Shown piece after piece: positions 21,721 through 33,585 of a stretch of DNA of 64,000 nt. Position numbers and translations under genes: made by a program. The stretch is from the human T2T-CHM13v2.0 reference genome, Homo sapiens. Numbering within the stretch: the first letter of the stretch is position 1; each line of letters starts with the position of its first letter. The stretch lies in the NCBI RefSeq assembly GCF_009914755.1, contig NC_060947.1; one strand, given 5' to 3'. The notes under the pieces are model-generated. The model did no database searches and was not told the origin of the DNA. It saw only the letters and a program-made list of their open reading frames with translations.

Positions 21721-24700
21721 TGTATGTTTTACTGTAATGTTCTGAATACCACATTACTTGATATCACAGACTTTAAAAAAATTAAAAACTCTCAAAATAT
21801 CAGGACTACTGATATAACTCAACCATTATACTTTGTAATCAAACCAGACGATAGTAATACTGCTCCCACTGTGTGGCTTGGCTTGAAAGAATATGAGAGG
21901 TACTTCTCTACATTTTTTCACCTCTGTCCTTGTATCTTTGGAAGTTCAGCCAAGTTATATTGACAATAAGGTTTTTTTGAGGTCATAATGAAATAAAAAA
22001 TGCATAGACAAAATTAACAATGATAGACTAAACTATCTAGTCCCTGATTTATCAGTGCTTTTCTTGATTATTGAGTATGACACTCTAAAGGATAAAGGCT
22101 TATTTTTGAATCTTATCTTGGTAGATGAAGAATGCTGGTCAAATTGGAAGACCAACAAAGTTGTGTTCTCTGGCAAATCTTGCCCCACAGCTTTGCTCTA
22201 TCACCAAGTAAGAATTCATTACTCTCCCTTACAAGATCACCTATTAAAAGTTTACTATCATTTTCCTACTAATGACTAGAAGATGCATAAACAGTAAAAA
22301 TAATTTTGATTCAAAAATCAAAAGGCCAGAAAATAAACTTTTACTCAGGTACTTCTACTGCAGGGCTGCCATTAGATGACAATAGGCATCTAGTCATTAC
22401 TATATTGGCTTTTGCTTCAAATTAAGCTCCACTTGGAGAAAATGAAAGATTTCTATACTTGTCTATAAATAAAATGTGTATATATGGTAAGAAAATGTTT
22501 ATTTACCATATTATTTTTCTTTAGTTTTTGATGACAGGGAATTTGCTATCACTTGTTTTTAAAACATCATCTTAAATGAACTTTTGTTGTTTCAGCCTTT
22601 GAAATGTGTAGAGACTTGGCCTTCAAATTTGTTGGTGAGGAAAAAGGAAAATTGTTAAGAAGCATACTGAATACGTATCACTTTCGCATCATCTTAATGT
22701 CAGAAAACTGTAAGTCTAATCTTCGTAAGTCGGGGACCATCTGTAGCATTCTAGACTTGTAAAGAGTGATAGTATACTAACATGATAATAAGCTTCCCAG
22801 AGATTATTTTCCACCGAAGTCAGTAGCTATCAAGTGCAACAGGCTCAACAAAAGTGTCTTGTGACTTGGTAGGAGGCTGCTTCTTTCTTATGACAAAGCT
22901 GAATCTATATGGCCAGTCTGCAGTACATAACTTTTTTTGTCTCTGTTTTTAAGAAAGTTCAATATCTATTTATGTCATAAAATTAGATTAAGATAGCATT
23001 TATTCATTGTGCAAGATTTTGGATTGGAAAGAGCTTTAAATGTCATTCATTAGCCACGTGTTCTTCTCTTTCCTCACACATAGTTCTCCTTTGTAACATC
23101 CCCACCAAGAGATTAACCTCTGTAGCATTGAACATCTCAAGAGTGGAGAACTAACTACCTCCTGAAACAACTTATGCCATCTTTGGATAGTTCTGAATGC
23201 TATAAAATCCTCCTCTAGAGCCAGAAACTGTGGATTCATTAAATTCAGTTTTATTCTCTTCAGAGTTTAATGTTTATAGTTTCATTCAGTTCACAAATAT
23301 TTATTGAATGCTTAGTTTGTGTCAGACATTGTGCAAGACACTGAGGTAACAGATACAAATAAGACATGAATAACAAACTTGGGAAATAAATTAAATCCAC
23401 TTTCCTTAAGAAAATCCCTTGAATATTTGAAGTCAGCTAGCATGTAACCCAAGAGTCATGTCTTCCAGATGATACAAACCCATCTAACATGATTCCAGCA
23501 CTCTACTGATCTGAACATTCTTGTGAATGAATTCCCATCATTCTGATAAATGAATTCCAATCTTCATTCTTAAAGTATGTGCCTGAAAATACCGTATATA
23601 GCCCAACTGCATTTTGACTCTTTTTATGAAAGTTGCAAAAGCTCAATATAAAATTATGTTTCCCAGCAACCAGATCACACTGAAGGCTTGTTGATCTTGA
23701 TGTCAACTAAAATCAATAAGTATTTTTTCACCAAATGTTCCCAGCTTCGGTGACCTAAATTTGTGCAGAGAAGTTTGATACTCAAATTGAGCATCTCACA
23801 TTTATTACTATTTATTACTATTAAGTTTCATCTTGGTCGGTTCAAACTGTCATGATCTTTTTGCATGAAGGGCCAATTTGGTAAAACATCTTTTACATTT
23901 GTATTCAGGTCATTGAAAAATTCGAGTTTTAGAAGTCCAGCCCTTCTTGACCATTCATCTTAACCTCTTGCATAACAACAATGGTAGTTATCATTGTTGC
24001 TTATATTCTTTGTGCGAAGTATTAGGATAGTTGTGGAAAAAAGGAGAAGAGAAGCTTATGGTTAAATGCTTCCTCCTGAGATCCTTATAATTTGGTTGAG
24101 GGAATAGTTCTTACAAAAAGAAAAGAAGGGATTCGGTAGCAATGAGTGATGTTGCGACTCATTTGAAATAATGTAATGATATTGATTTACAGACCAGAGA
24201 AACCAAGCCCATTACTTTACTTTAGACATAACTCCGAAACAAGGAAATGTTTGGTTGCATGGTTATAGCTCTAATTATTACAGAAATGGGAAGTAGAAAT
24301 CATAATGGTCTGAAAGAGTCAGAGTAAGATATATGGGTAGCAAGACTACTGGGCTTCAGCGACCAGTAGTCTTGAGCTAAGAATGAACAAGAAATCACTG
24401 TAGTCCTGGACTTTCAATCTCAGTTTAATTTAAATAAAAGGTCCTAATTGCCATCTTTGTTATCCTAAACTGGAAGAGTGAAATGCATGCCTATAATACA
24501 AAATGCATTCGTCATAACACGAATGCGCTCCAAGACAACACATATTTCCCTACAGAACTGATGTCAAAGTAGCTCCTAGCTCTTTCTCCTTTTTGAGGCT
24601 ACAAGATTCCATTCCCAATCCCTATTCAAACTTGCATGCATGTTGCTATTTTTTCAAACATATACTTGGTTACTGGAAACTACACAAAATACATATTGTA

Positions 24701-24818
24701 TTACTAGAAGGATGTTAGATAAAATTAATTAAATACGGTTTTTTGCATAAAAGAAATAAGCACAGATTTTTAATTGTGATATACCTTTTTTTTTCCTTAG
24801 ACGTGGCAGAAATATGTG

Positions 24819-24935
24819 ATGGGAACTTCCAACTCCCCCTCCCAAAAGGCTTCCAGTCTTTTTCTCTTCCCTTCAATGGGAACTTCCAACTCCCCCTCCC
24901 AAAAGGCTTCCAGTATTTTTCTCTTCTCTTCAATG
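24819..24935. repeat. 57-bp direct tandem duplication (2 copies, 2 mismatches)
   Basis: Units start at 24819 and 24876: atgggaacttccaactccccctcccaaaaggcttccagt(c/a)tttttctcttc(c/t)cttca. Confidence 0.95.
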
Positions 24936-26029
24936 AGAGCGTCAGAGAACCAGTGTTGATTGTTGTTTTTCTCTAAAACAGAAGATCTTTCCAAACAGAA
25001 GTTTCACTTACAGAGACTGACACGATCAGAGACTGCCCCCTGCCTTCCTACACAGCACACAGAGTTCTACTGCGTTATTTTTTTATTAAAAATAATCCTA
25101 CCAACTTTAAAAAGACTGTGTATAATAAGCTATCTATGTCTAAGATTTTTTTCTAAGTCTATGACCATGTTTGAGGCACAGTAAGGGAAAAGTCAATTGT
25201 GTTCGATGTCATAAAAGTTTATTTCTAGGTGTGGCATGCCTCAACGATGGACATTATGGATCTGATGCTGGGTTTTTACGATTAAGTAGTAATAGCGAAT
25301 GCTGAAAATATAATTTGATACAATTGTATTACTACCAAAAACATATCTGGCTATGATAATTTGCTTTAAAACTGAAAAAATATGGGTAGAAGTATTATCA
25401 AAATTCCTTGCATTTATGTCCGGTGGTAAATAAGAAAAAAAAAAAAAACTCCCGGTAGAATTCTTGTGTAGCTTCTTTTGATCTGTGAAAATACCTGCCT
25501 TCGAGAATTTTGCTAGAATCCTGTCACTCATTTTTTAAACCTGTCTGTCATCCTTTAGGTGTGTTAAAATAGGGCTCTCTGGTCAAGAGGGGGAAATAAT
25601 AATGAGTAGAGAAGTAAACTTTCTAGTCAGTTTATTTTTTTAAAAAGTTCCCAAAGTTTCAAATGATGAGGAACTTTTTCCTACGTAGTAACAATCTTCT
25701 TTAATTCTTTCCCGAATTTCTAAATCAGTAGTTTTGGAAACATATGTATTTGTAGTAGGAGGAAATCGCCCCGGTTCGAAAGTTGTAAAAACAAGTCCAC
25801 AGCCTTAGAAACCGGGAAATATTTGGAAACCGTGTTCCGGGGGGCACTGGGGATTTTAATCAAACCTGAGGAATTCACTGTAAATAACTCCTCTTTCCAG
25901 GGACAATTTCCATACACCTGAGGAACGGAAAGGAAAGCAGTGAAAACCCTGGGCTGACTCCCCAGGCCTCGTTAGGCAGGGGTTCCAGAAAACCTCTCTG
26001 GCAATGACAGAGCGACAGAAAGCGCCAGC

Positions 26030-27900
26030 ATGTGCTTGTTTTGAGTTTGCTTCCCCAGTCCTAAAGTGCGCCCTAAATTTCTCCTTACACTAAATTCTCT
26101 GGTCTGGTGTTGCCAAAATCTCCAAAGTCCGTCGGACCTTGCAGCGCTCTGCCGAGCCGCAGCCTAGAGAACCTGAAGAGGCAGTACGCGCCGCAAATGC
26201 CAAGAAAGCAGAGCCTTCGGTCCCGGCGGAACCCGGTACCCCGAGCCTCGCCGCGGACCGCTCCGGCTCAGTCTTACAGGCTCTGGGCCGCTCGGCGAGC
26301 GCCGCTCAAAGGCTAACGTGCCTGCTTGTTTCTACCCGACCTCCGAAGCCCAGACGTGCTTCAGCAAGCCGCGTGGCTAGCAAACTTTCTCTCTGCTGCT
26401 GCGGGAACCTTCCCAACGACCACGTGGGTTTCACCCCTGGTCGCTCTCGGCACTTTTGCCTTTCACAAGGAGAAGGAGAGAACAGCCTTTAGAGCGAAAT
26501 ATATAATAATAAAAACTATTATTACCATCATCCTCATCCTCATAATTGCTATTATCATGGTCAATTTCTCCAAGCCGGTTCCCCCGGGAGCCGGGGAGCG
26601 AGAACAGGTTTTGGCGGATGCTAACTTCCACTCGCTGCTCGGCAGATCCATTTTGGCTTAGCAAAAATATCACAGGGATTTATATTTACATTTTTTGAAG
26701 TAATATAAATGTCTCAGCCTCTGACAAAATAAATACGAGTCCCGCCAGAAAAGGCAAGACTAAGCATTCCACATTCATAGAGTAAGGGGACACTTGGGGA
26801 GTTTTTAAAGATGAGTGCTTAATTATTTAAAGAGAAGACATACGTTTTCTCTTCCATATTTATAAATTACTGTTCGCTACCAAAGCATTTCTAAAGATGC
26901 GAGCGTTGTGCAGTCGGTGGACTTGGCAGCGCTGTCGCAGCCACCTGTGCGGCATCATACAGCAGCATTCAACAGATGCTTCAAGAAAACTGCGATGGGT
27001 TTTTGCTTTTCGAAACAGAACTTGGGTGCCGACAGTATGTTCACTGCCAAATTAAATTTCAAAGCCTGAATTCAGTGGCGATGGAGGGAATCAGAGGATT
27101 CCCAAAATGCCCCTTTTGGAATAGACTGGACAGCTCCTTTCACAAATATGGAAACAGAGGCACAGAGAGAAATGACTGTTCCTAGGGCATCCAGAATAAG
27201 GAAGGGGCCTGACCCTTATCATTGCTTCCACTTCCTTCTCCATCTCTAACTTTTGGGGCTACTGAGGCAAACTTCGGCCTTCAGAATAGCCGGCAGCTCC
27301 CACCCCTTTTGCGTTCTGCCGGGTTAGGTCCTCCAAGCCTCTCTCTGTACGGCCTCTCTGTAGCCTCTTCTATACACTCGCTGCGCTGCCGTCCGGTCCT
27401 AAGTAGCCAAACCGGAGGCTCGATCTTTTGCTTCGGTCCAGCTACCTCCGACAGGCGGGGAGCCAATCTCCACTTTTCCCACCCCGGTCCTCGGTACAGG
27501 GCCGAGAAACCTCGGCCGCGACCCGAGACCACCACCCCCGCTCGCCCCTTCGTTCCCTCTTAGGAGAGATCTGCTTCTGTCCCCATTCTCCGTGGGATCA
27601 TCTCCATTACTCAGCTTGGTTTTGGTGCCTCTGAGCCAAGGGGGCCCCGTTCACCCTTCTCTGCGCTGCCGCCAGGACACCGCAGGCACCTGCCCGGTTG
27701 CGCCTGGGAGCCTGTGAAAAAGAGCTCTGCCTGACCGGTTAGAGCTCTGCCTGACCGGTTGCAGCTCGGCATCCCAGCAGTTGCCAAAAGAGAGCCTTTG
27801 TGGTTCACCTCTTGCTGCCTTGACCTTGCATTGACAGCACCCCTCCCTCCCCCACAACGACTGGGCAACCGACTGGCTGTGGGCCCAAGGCCCTGTGCCA
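26030..27900. promoter_or_regulatory. Upstream CpG-rich segments (~26030-26650 and ~27280-27900)
   Basis: Clearly raised GC and CpG density relative to AT-rich flanks, not Alu-derived. Confidence 0.7.
27721..27760. repeat. Perfect 20-bp tandem duplication
   Basis: AGAGCTCTGCCTGACCGGTT x2. Confidence 0.97.
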
Positions 27901-28258
27901 GAGAGATATGTTCACCCCCTTGGAAACCCGTAAGAGCTGCCCTCAAGGTGTCTTTCTAATGAGGCCTGTGGGGTCAAGAAAGGAACTAAACTGTGCCTTC
28001 CCGGGGCTCGAAGGCCAAGAGCTTTTCTTTCTCCTTTGGGGTTAGGGAAAGGATGGGGAGACAAGGATGGGGAAGTGGGCCTTATAACAGGATTGTGGCC
28101 TTTGCGCACTCACCAAATGTTTGACCCTGTGAGTGCCTCAGTTGCTACTGTTGGAGGAATGGGCAAGAGTCGGAACAGAGACCCTTGAAGGGAGTTTCAA
28201 AGCTTGATGAAATTTGCAAGACTTGAGAATGCTGTTTGTTGAAATGAAATGTACAGGG

Positions 28259-28284
28259 GTGTGTGTGTGTGTGTGTGTGTGTGT
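28259..28284. repeat. (GT)13 microsatellite of the HTR2C promoter
   Basis: 13 GT units, ~270 bp upstream of the -759 site, the position of the known promoter (GT)n polymorphism. Confidence 0.92.
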
Positions 28285-28439
28285 TTGGGGAGGGGTATGC
28301 TATGAATCTTTGAGGGTACATTCTTGAGAAAGCCTTCCCTCTCTCTCTATCCGGTGCCATGGCTGATCCTGGTTCCCCCTACTCTCTAGGCCTTGTGAAT
28401 CAGATTAATCATCACCCCCACCCCCATCTCCACCATGGG

Positions 28440-29660
28440 GTCTCGCGCCCCCTGCCAGCAGGCTCCAGATGCACTAAGAGACCGGTCCAAACAGGCCCGG
28501 GGGCCACGTAATGCTGAGTGCTGATTGGCTGCTCTTGGCTCCTCCCCTCATCCCGCTTTTGGCCCAAGAGCGTGGTGCAGATTCACCCGCGCGAGGTAGG
28601 CGCTCTGGTGCTTGCCGAGGACGCTTCCTTCCTCAGATGCACCGATCTTCCCGATACTGCCTTTGGAGCGGCTAGATTGCTAGCCTTGGCTGCTCCATTG
28701 GCCTGCCTTGCCCCTTACCTGCCGATTGCATATGAACTCTTCTTCTGTCTGTACATCGTTGTCGTCGGAGTCGTCGCGATCGTCGTGGCGCTCGTGTGAT
28801 GGCCTTCGTCCGTTTAGAGTAGTGTAGTTAGTTAGGGGCCAACGAAGAAGAAAGAAGACGCGATTAGTGCAGAGATGCTGGAGGTGGTCAGTTACTAAGC
28901 TAGAGTAAGATAGCGGAGCGAAAAGAGCCAAACCTAGCCGGGGGGCGCACGGTCACCCAAAGGAGGTCGACTCGCCGGCGCTTCCTATCGCGCCGAGCTC
29001 CCTCCATTCCTCTCCCTCCGCCGAGGCGCGAGGTTGCGGCGCGCAGCGCAGCGCAGCTCAGCGCACCGACTGCCGCGGGCTCCGCTGGGCGATTGCAGCC
29101 GAGTCCGTTTCTCGTCTAGCTGCCGCCGCGGCGACCGCTGCCTGGTCTTCCTCCCGGACGCTAGTGGTAAGTTGGAGCCCCGGGCGGCATTGCTAGCCGA
29201 GACCCCAACGATTTAGGCGGGGGATGGGGTGGGGAGCGGGGACAGGTCCCGGATGGCTGCAGCCTGCAGGACCGCACTGGCCCTAGCGGAGGTTGGGGGG
29301 AGGGACTCTGAACGCGCAAATCGCGAGGAGACTGAGTCTCTGGAAGAAGAGAGGAGCTTAGGTTCCACGGAAGGAGCATAGAAGTCTCTAAGGGGATTGG
29401 GAGCGGGGGCTCGAGATGAAGACGCTGGGCGGAGGCGGGGGTCTAGAGAACCTGGCGCGGGGGAAGCCGAGACAGAAACGGAAGGCGGGGGTGGGGTCTC
29501 AAGAAGTGAGGAGTGGGAGGAGAGAAAGGAGGGAAACTGAACGCAATGTCGCTGAGTAGAGGGTCGGGCTGCGGAAGATGCAACTGAGTTGCAGGACCGA
29601 CTACAATTTTAAGAAATCCGACAGCAGGCAAGTGGGAGGGGGCGCAAGGTTTGGGACAGT
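28440..29660 (+). promoter_or_regulatory. HTR2C: HTR2C CpG-island promoter (TATA-less; inverted CCAAT box CTGATTGGCT at 28521-28530)
   Basis: Dense CpG; NF-Y-type motif ~60 bp before the transcript start; contexts of the -759 (C28554, AciI CCGC) and -697 (C28616) SNPs are 62 bp apart as expected; (GCGCA)n run at 29041-29065. Confidence 0.9.
28585..29166 (+). other. HTR2C: HTR2C exon 1 (5' UTR, non-coding for the receptor); start approximate
   Basis: Matches my recall of the HTR2C mRNA leader (ACCCGCGCGAGGTAGGCGCTCTGG...CCCGGACGCTAGTG); ends at canonical donor GTG|GTAAGT. Confidence 0.92.
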
Positions 29661-32600
29661 GTGTGCAGAGGGGGAACCAAGGATCCTTTATTATGTTCTC
29701 ATTGAAAAGCGACCCTAATTTTTCTGGCGGGTCTCAGCGAACATCCGTAACTCTGGGGAGATAACACACTGCGGATCTGTGTTTGGTCTAACAGCTGTTA
29801 GCTGAATTTGAACAGCGCTGCTGGTGATCACGTAAGCTTAAGAGGAGAGGATAAAGGCATCCAGTGAACCTTTTTTTAAATAATTAATTAGCTTATCTAA
29901 GTCATTTGGTTACTGTTCTATATTTTGAAAAGGATTGCGAAAAAGTCTCCAGCGCTGCCTCTTATTCCTGTACTCAGTTTTACCTGACAAGCAGTCTTTA
30001 CAGCGTTCCTCGGAATTGCTAAACATGAGAACAGGTTGCCGTTCCTGATGTCACATAAAGTTCGTCATTGCAAAACGTGTCTGTGTGTCTGTTTCTTTTC
30101 TGCGCCATGCCCTTTGCCTTTTGCTTCCTGTTGGGTAGTATGCGACTTGAGGTGACAAACACTTGCATTGTGTTTGAGAACCCTGTATTTTAAGCAACAG
30201 AGCTCCCCAACTCATAATTCAGCGAGTGACATTCGGCAGTTAAAAGATTTGGTCTGGAATCACTGCCAGTACCGCGCAGCTTCTTCATTAATATTACCAG
30301 TATAAGTCCCATCCAAGGAAGCCTCTGATTGCTGAGCCACTAAGTGCATATGCCCCTTACCTCATACCTTTTAGGCAGGCTAACCGAGGGACGCTCATAT
30401 ATGGTTGAGCTAAGATGATTTGGGGGGCGGGGGGTGAGGAAATGCGGCGCACTGAGTAACCTCTGAGCTCCCCAGTTTGCAGACAATTGCGACCTCACAT
30501 ACACGGTAATGAAAAAAGATATCTGGGCTCCAGAGTTTAAATTTTTCATGAAGAAGTTTACGTACATATCAGCCATTCTGACAATCAAAATATGAGTGCA
30601 ATAGAAACAAGGTGTTACTGTGTAGTTGGCTACATATGTGTAGAGACAATGACAAAGGCCAACTGACATGCCCCACAGAAAATGATATCTACCGTGATCA
30701 TTGCATCTCTTTTGCAGTACTGAAATCATACTGAATATTGTCTGTTCTGAAGAGTATAATCTCCTTAGCACCTGGCTGTTTGGGAATCATCTACAATGCC
30801 CCCCCATTCCACCCCACAGGTGGGGGGAAATAAATAATTTTGTCCATATTTTGGGGAGGTAGGTTATAGAATATTTAATTATATTTTTCATTCCTTAAAT
30901 AAATTCTCCTGATCCTCCTGGGGAGGGAAGAAAATATTTGTTTCATCAACATGATTTCTTTCCTAATAGCGTCTATCATCTACAGCAACAAGCCCAACGC
31001 AAGTCCTGAAATTCGGAAGGTGGATAAGGCTTGTTGATTGCAATGTCAAGGTAGGATTTGGGGTGCTTTAGCAAAAATGACGGTGTTTTTCTATCTGCAT
31101 TATCTAGAGAGGGTTATTAACCCTTTCTATGCTTTCTTGAGGGGTTTATCTCCATCTAGAGGTGTCATGGATGACAGTGATGACTTTTTCAGATAATGTA
31201 ACAGGCTTTTGTGCAGTATGAATTCATCAGAAAAGAGGTGAGAACTGATATTTCTGGGAACCTCCTGGATGCCAGACGTGGATCCAGGACTATTACATAT
31301 ATATACATAAAATATATATTATTTCATATAGTCTTCATAGCAAGTCTATGAATGACGGAGATATTATTATCCTCCATTTTATCGGTGCCATTAGATTTTT
31401 CCCCTCAATTTTTCAAGGTATTCTCAAAAGTTAATTTAAGGCAAGAGAATAAGAAATATTTATTTGTGCTTCCAAGTCTACTTGGGAAGAGCAATAAAAG
31501 TAAAATCTAAAAAGCCTAACATTCTAATAGATTCGTCCAACATTATAATTGAGTCAAGCCTCAATAATTTTACTGTTCCATGTATTTCCTTCAAGGAAAC
31601 GTCATCCCTCTCCAGCTAAGGGAAACACAAAAATTAAAACAAAATTTGGGGGAGAGATTATAGTAACCAACATTAAATATCCTCAGCTATTCTTATTAAA
31701 TTGTTCAAGGCCTGAGATTGAAGGAGGTTGCAGTTTGCTGAGCCTGCTGAAAGATAAATTAATTCCCAGGTTTTAATGGCTCCTGAAGCTCCAGACTATT
31801 TGTCCAGTATTATTAAGGAGCATCTTACCACCTCACTTTCATAGCAATGGAATACCTCACAAAAGGATGATGTACGTGTACTGAGATTATTTTAGTAAAG
31901 CATCTGATACAGCTTAGTATTGTCTAGTGGAAGAACTGCTAAATTATGTTCCTCTAGCTGCCTGGTAGCCATGAGCAAACTAGGAAAACTTCATCATAAA
32001 TTGAAGTTAATAATATATTATTGTGATATTTTATGTCAGTATCATATATAACCCCACCTGATTGTTGTGAAACAGATGGGTATTAAGCACTTTGAAAATT
32101 TTAAATTATTGCACTAAGCAACATTTATTATTTATTTGTTAGCATTCTAGGCTACCTATGTCATTTCATCTACATATTGTACTGTTGAACCTCAAAAAGA
32201 AATCATCAATCTCCAGTCTAATGTGTGCTCAAGTTATGGATCTCTCCAACACTGCCATTCTTCAAGACATTTTAAGAAGGCTTTTTCATATACTGAGAAC
32301 ATTGCTGCAAGACAGTCTAGTCATCTCCATTCTAGACAAACAACATTGAAAACAACCAAGTGGTTAAGCTGCATCATCATTTGGCAAGTCATTAGCAGAT
32401 TTAATACTAATGCTCACCTGCAACAACTCTTTGCTAATCACTTCTGACATTTTAATGCACAAACGACATAGTGAAATCAGGATTTCAAATAAGATATACA
32501 CAAGATGGAATTTTAATTCTGTTTTTGTCTCCTACCTGGCATCTCTACTTCAACCTCGCTATTCATTCCTCTTCTCAGCTGTGGCTAAGACAGTGTCATC

Positions 32601-33359
32601 TGCAGTTTCCTAAAATAGTTGCGTATTATAGCATTGTACATATAGCTGGCATTTGAAACAGTCATTCTTCTTAATTATGGTTAACCTTATGCATAGATGA
32701 CCACTTACATGGTCTAATTTGAGAAGCACTCGAAAGGCCTTCTGGTCCCTAAATTAGTAGCCTTCATGGTTTTCCATATAACTTGAAATTCTACATTCAG
32801 GAATTTCCCTCTTTCATCTTAGTCACTGTCTCCTTTAAATACAAGTACACCTTTGGGTAACATACTGTTATTATTACCTATTAAGAACTATGCATAAATT
32901 TATTGAAAGCTATTAGAAAGCCTTTAGAACTGCATTGTCCAGTGCAACAGCCACCATATATGGGTATTTAAATTCAGAGTTGAATTAGCGTTAATGGCAA
33001 GGTGTGGGGTTGAGCTCAATGTAAAAATAAAAAGTGAAAACTGAACACCACTGAAACCAAAGATAATGTCAACTAATATCTAGACAAGGATAGCAATGAA
33101 TGAATTGGCTAGGATTTCCTTTACTTTTTCATAAAACATGATGTCTTCTTTAAACTAATCAGTAAACGCTTACGAATAAATGTCAGTGTTCAAATCTTTT
33201 GCAAGTGTATTTTAAACTTACGTATCTCCCATTTTATCTCAGTAATCAAGACTCACTGAATACTCTTCAATTATAGCTTCCTGTAATCAAAGTAGTAAGA
33301 CTTGCCCAAATTAGCAAGTAATTATTCTTAAGAGGAGAGGTATAAAAGATGGTAACAGT

Positions 33360-33585
33360 GGCCACTATTTATTGACATTTACCATGCACTACACAGTTCT
33401 AAGAGGTTTACAGGTATATAACCATACAAGCCTGATGACTACCCCATGAGAAGGTACTACTATTATCCAGTTTGCAGTTAGGGAAACTGAGGCATACAAA
33501 GAGGTTAATCTGTTCAAACTGAATGAACAAAACCAAGCTTGAAACCAGGCAGTTTTATTCCAGAGGCCGTGGTGTTAAACAACAA
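33360..33585. mobile_element. MIR element
   Basis: MIR-like text (ttattgacatttaccatg...tattatccagtttgcagttagggaaactgaggcat...ttgaaaccaggcag). Confidence 0.65.

Noticed and set aside
26326-26661. 111-aa ORF with hydrophobic IIIKTIITIILILIIAIIMV stretch
   Set aside because: Hydrophobicity comes from a degenerate ATT/ATC low-complexity tract; non-AUG start and no evidence of a transcript
26925-26950. REST/RE1-like GCGCTGTC half-site
   Set aside because: The other half (TCAGCACC) is missing at canonical spacing
28503-28530. CCACG plus CCAAT as an ER-stress element
   Set aside because: Orientation and spacing fit neither ERSE (CCAAT-N9-CCACG) nor ERSE-II
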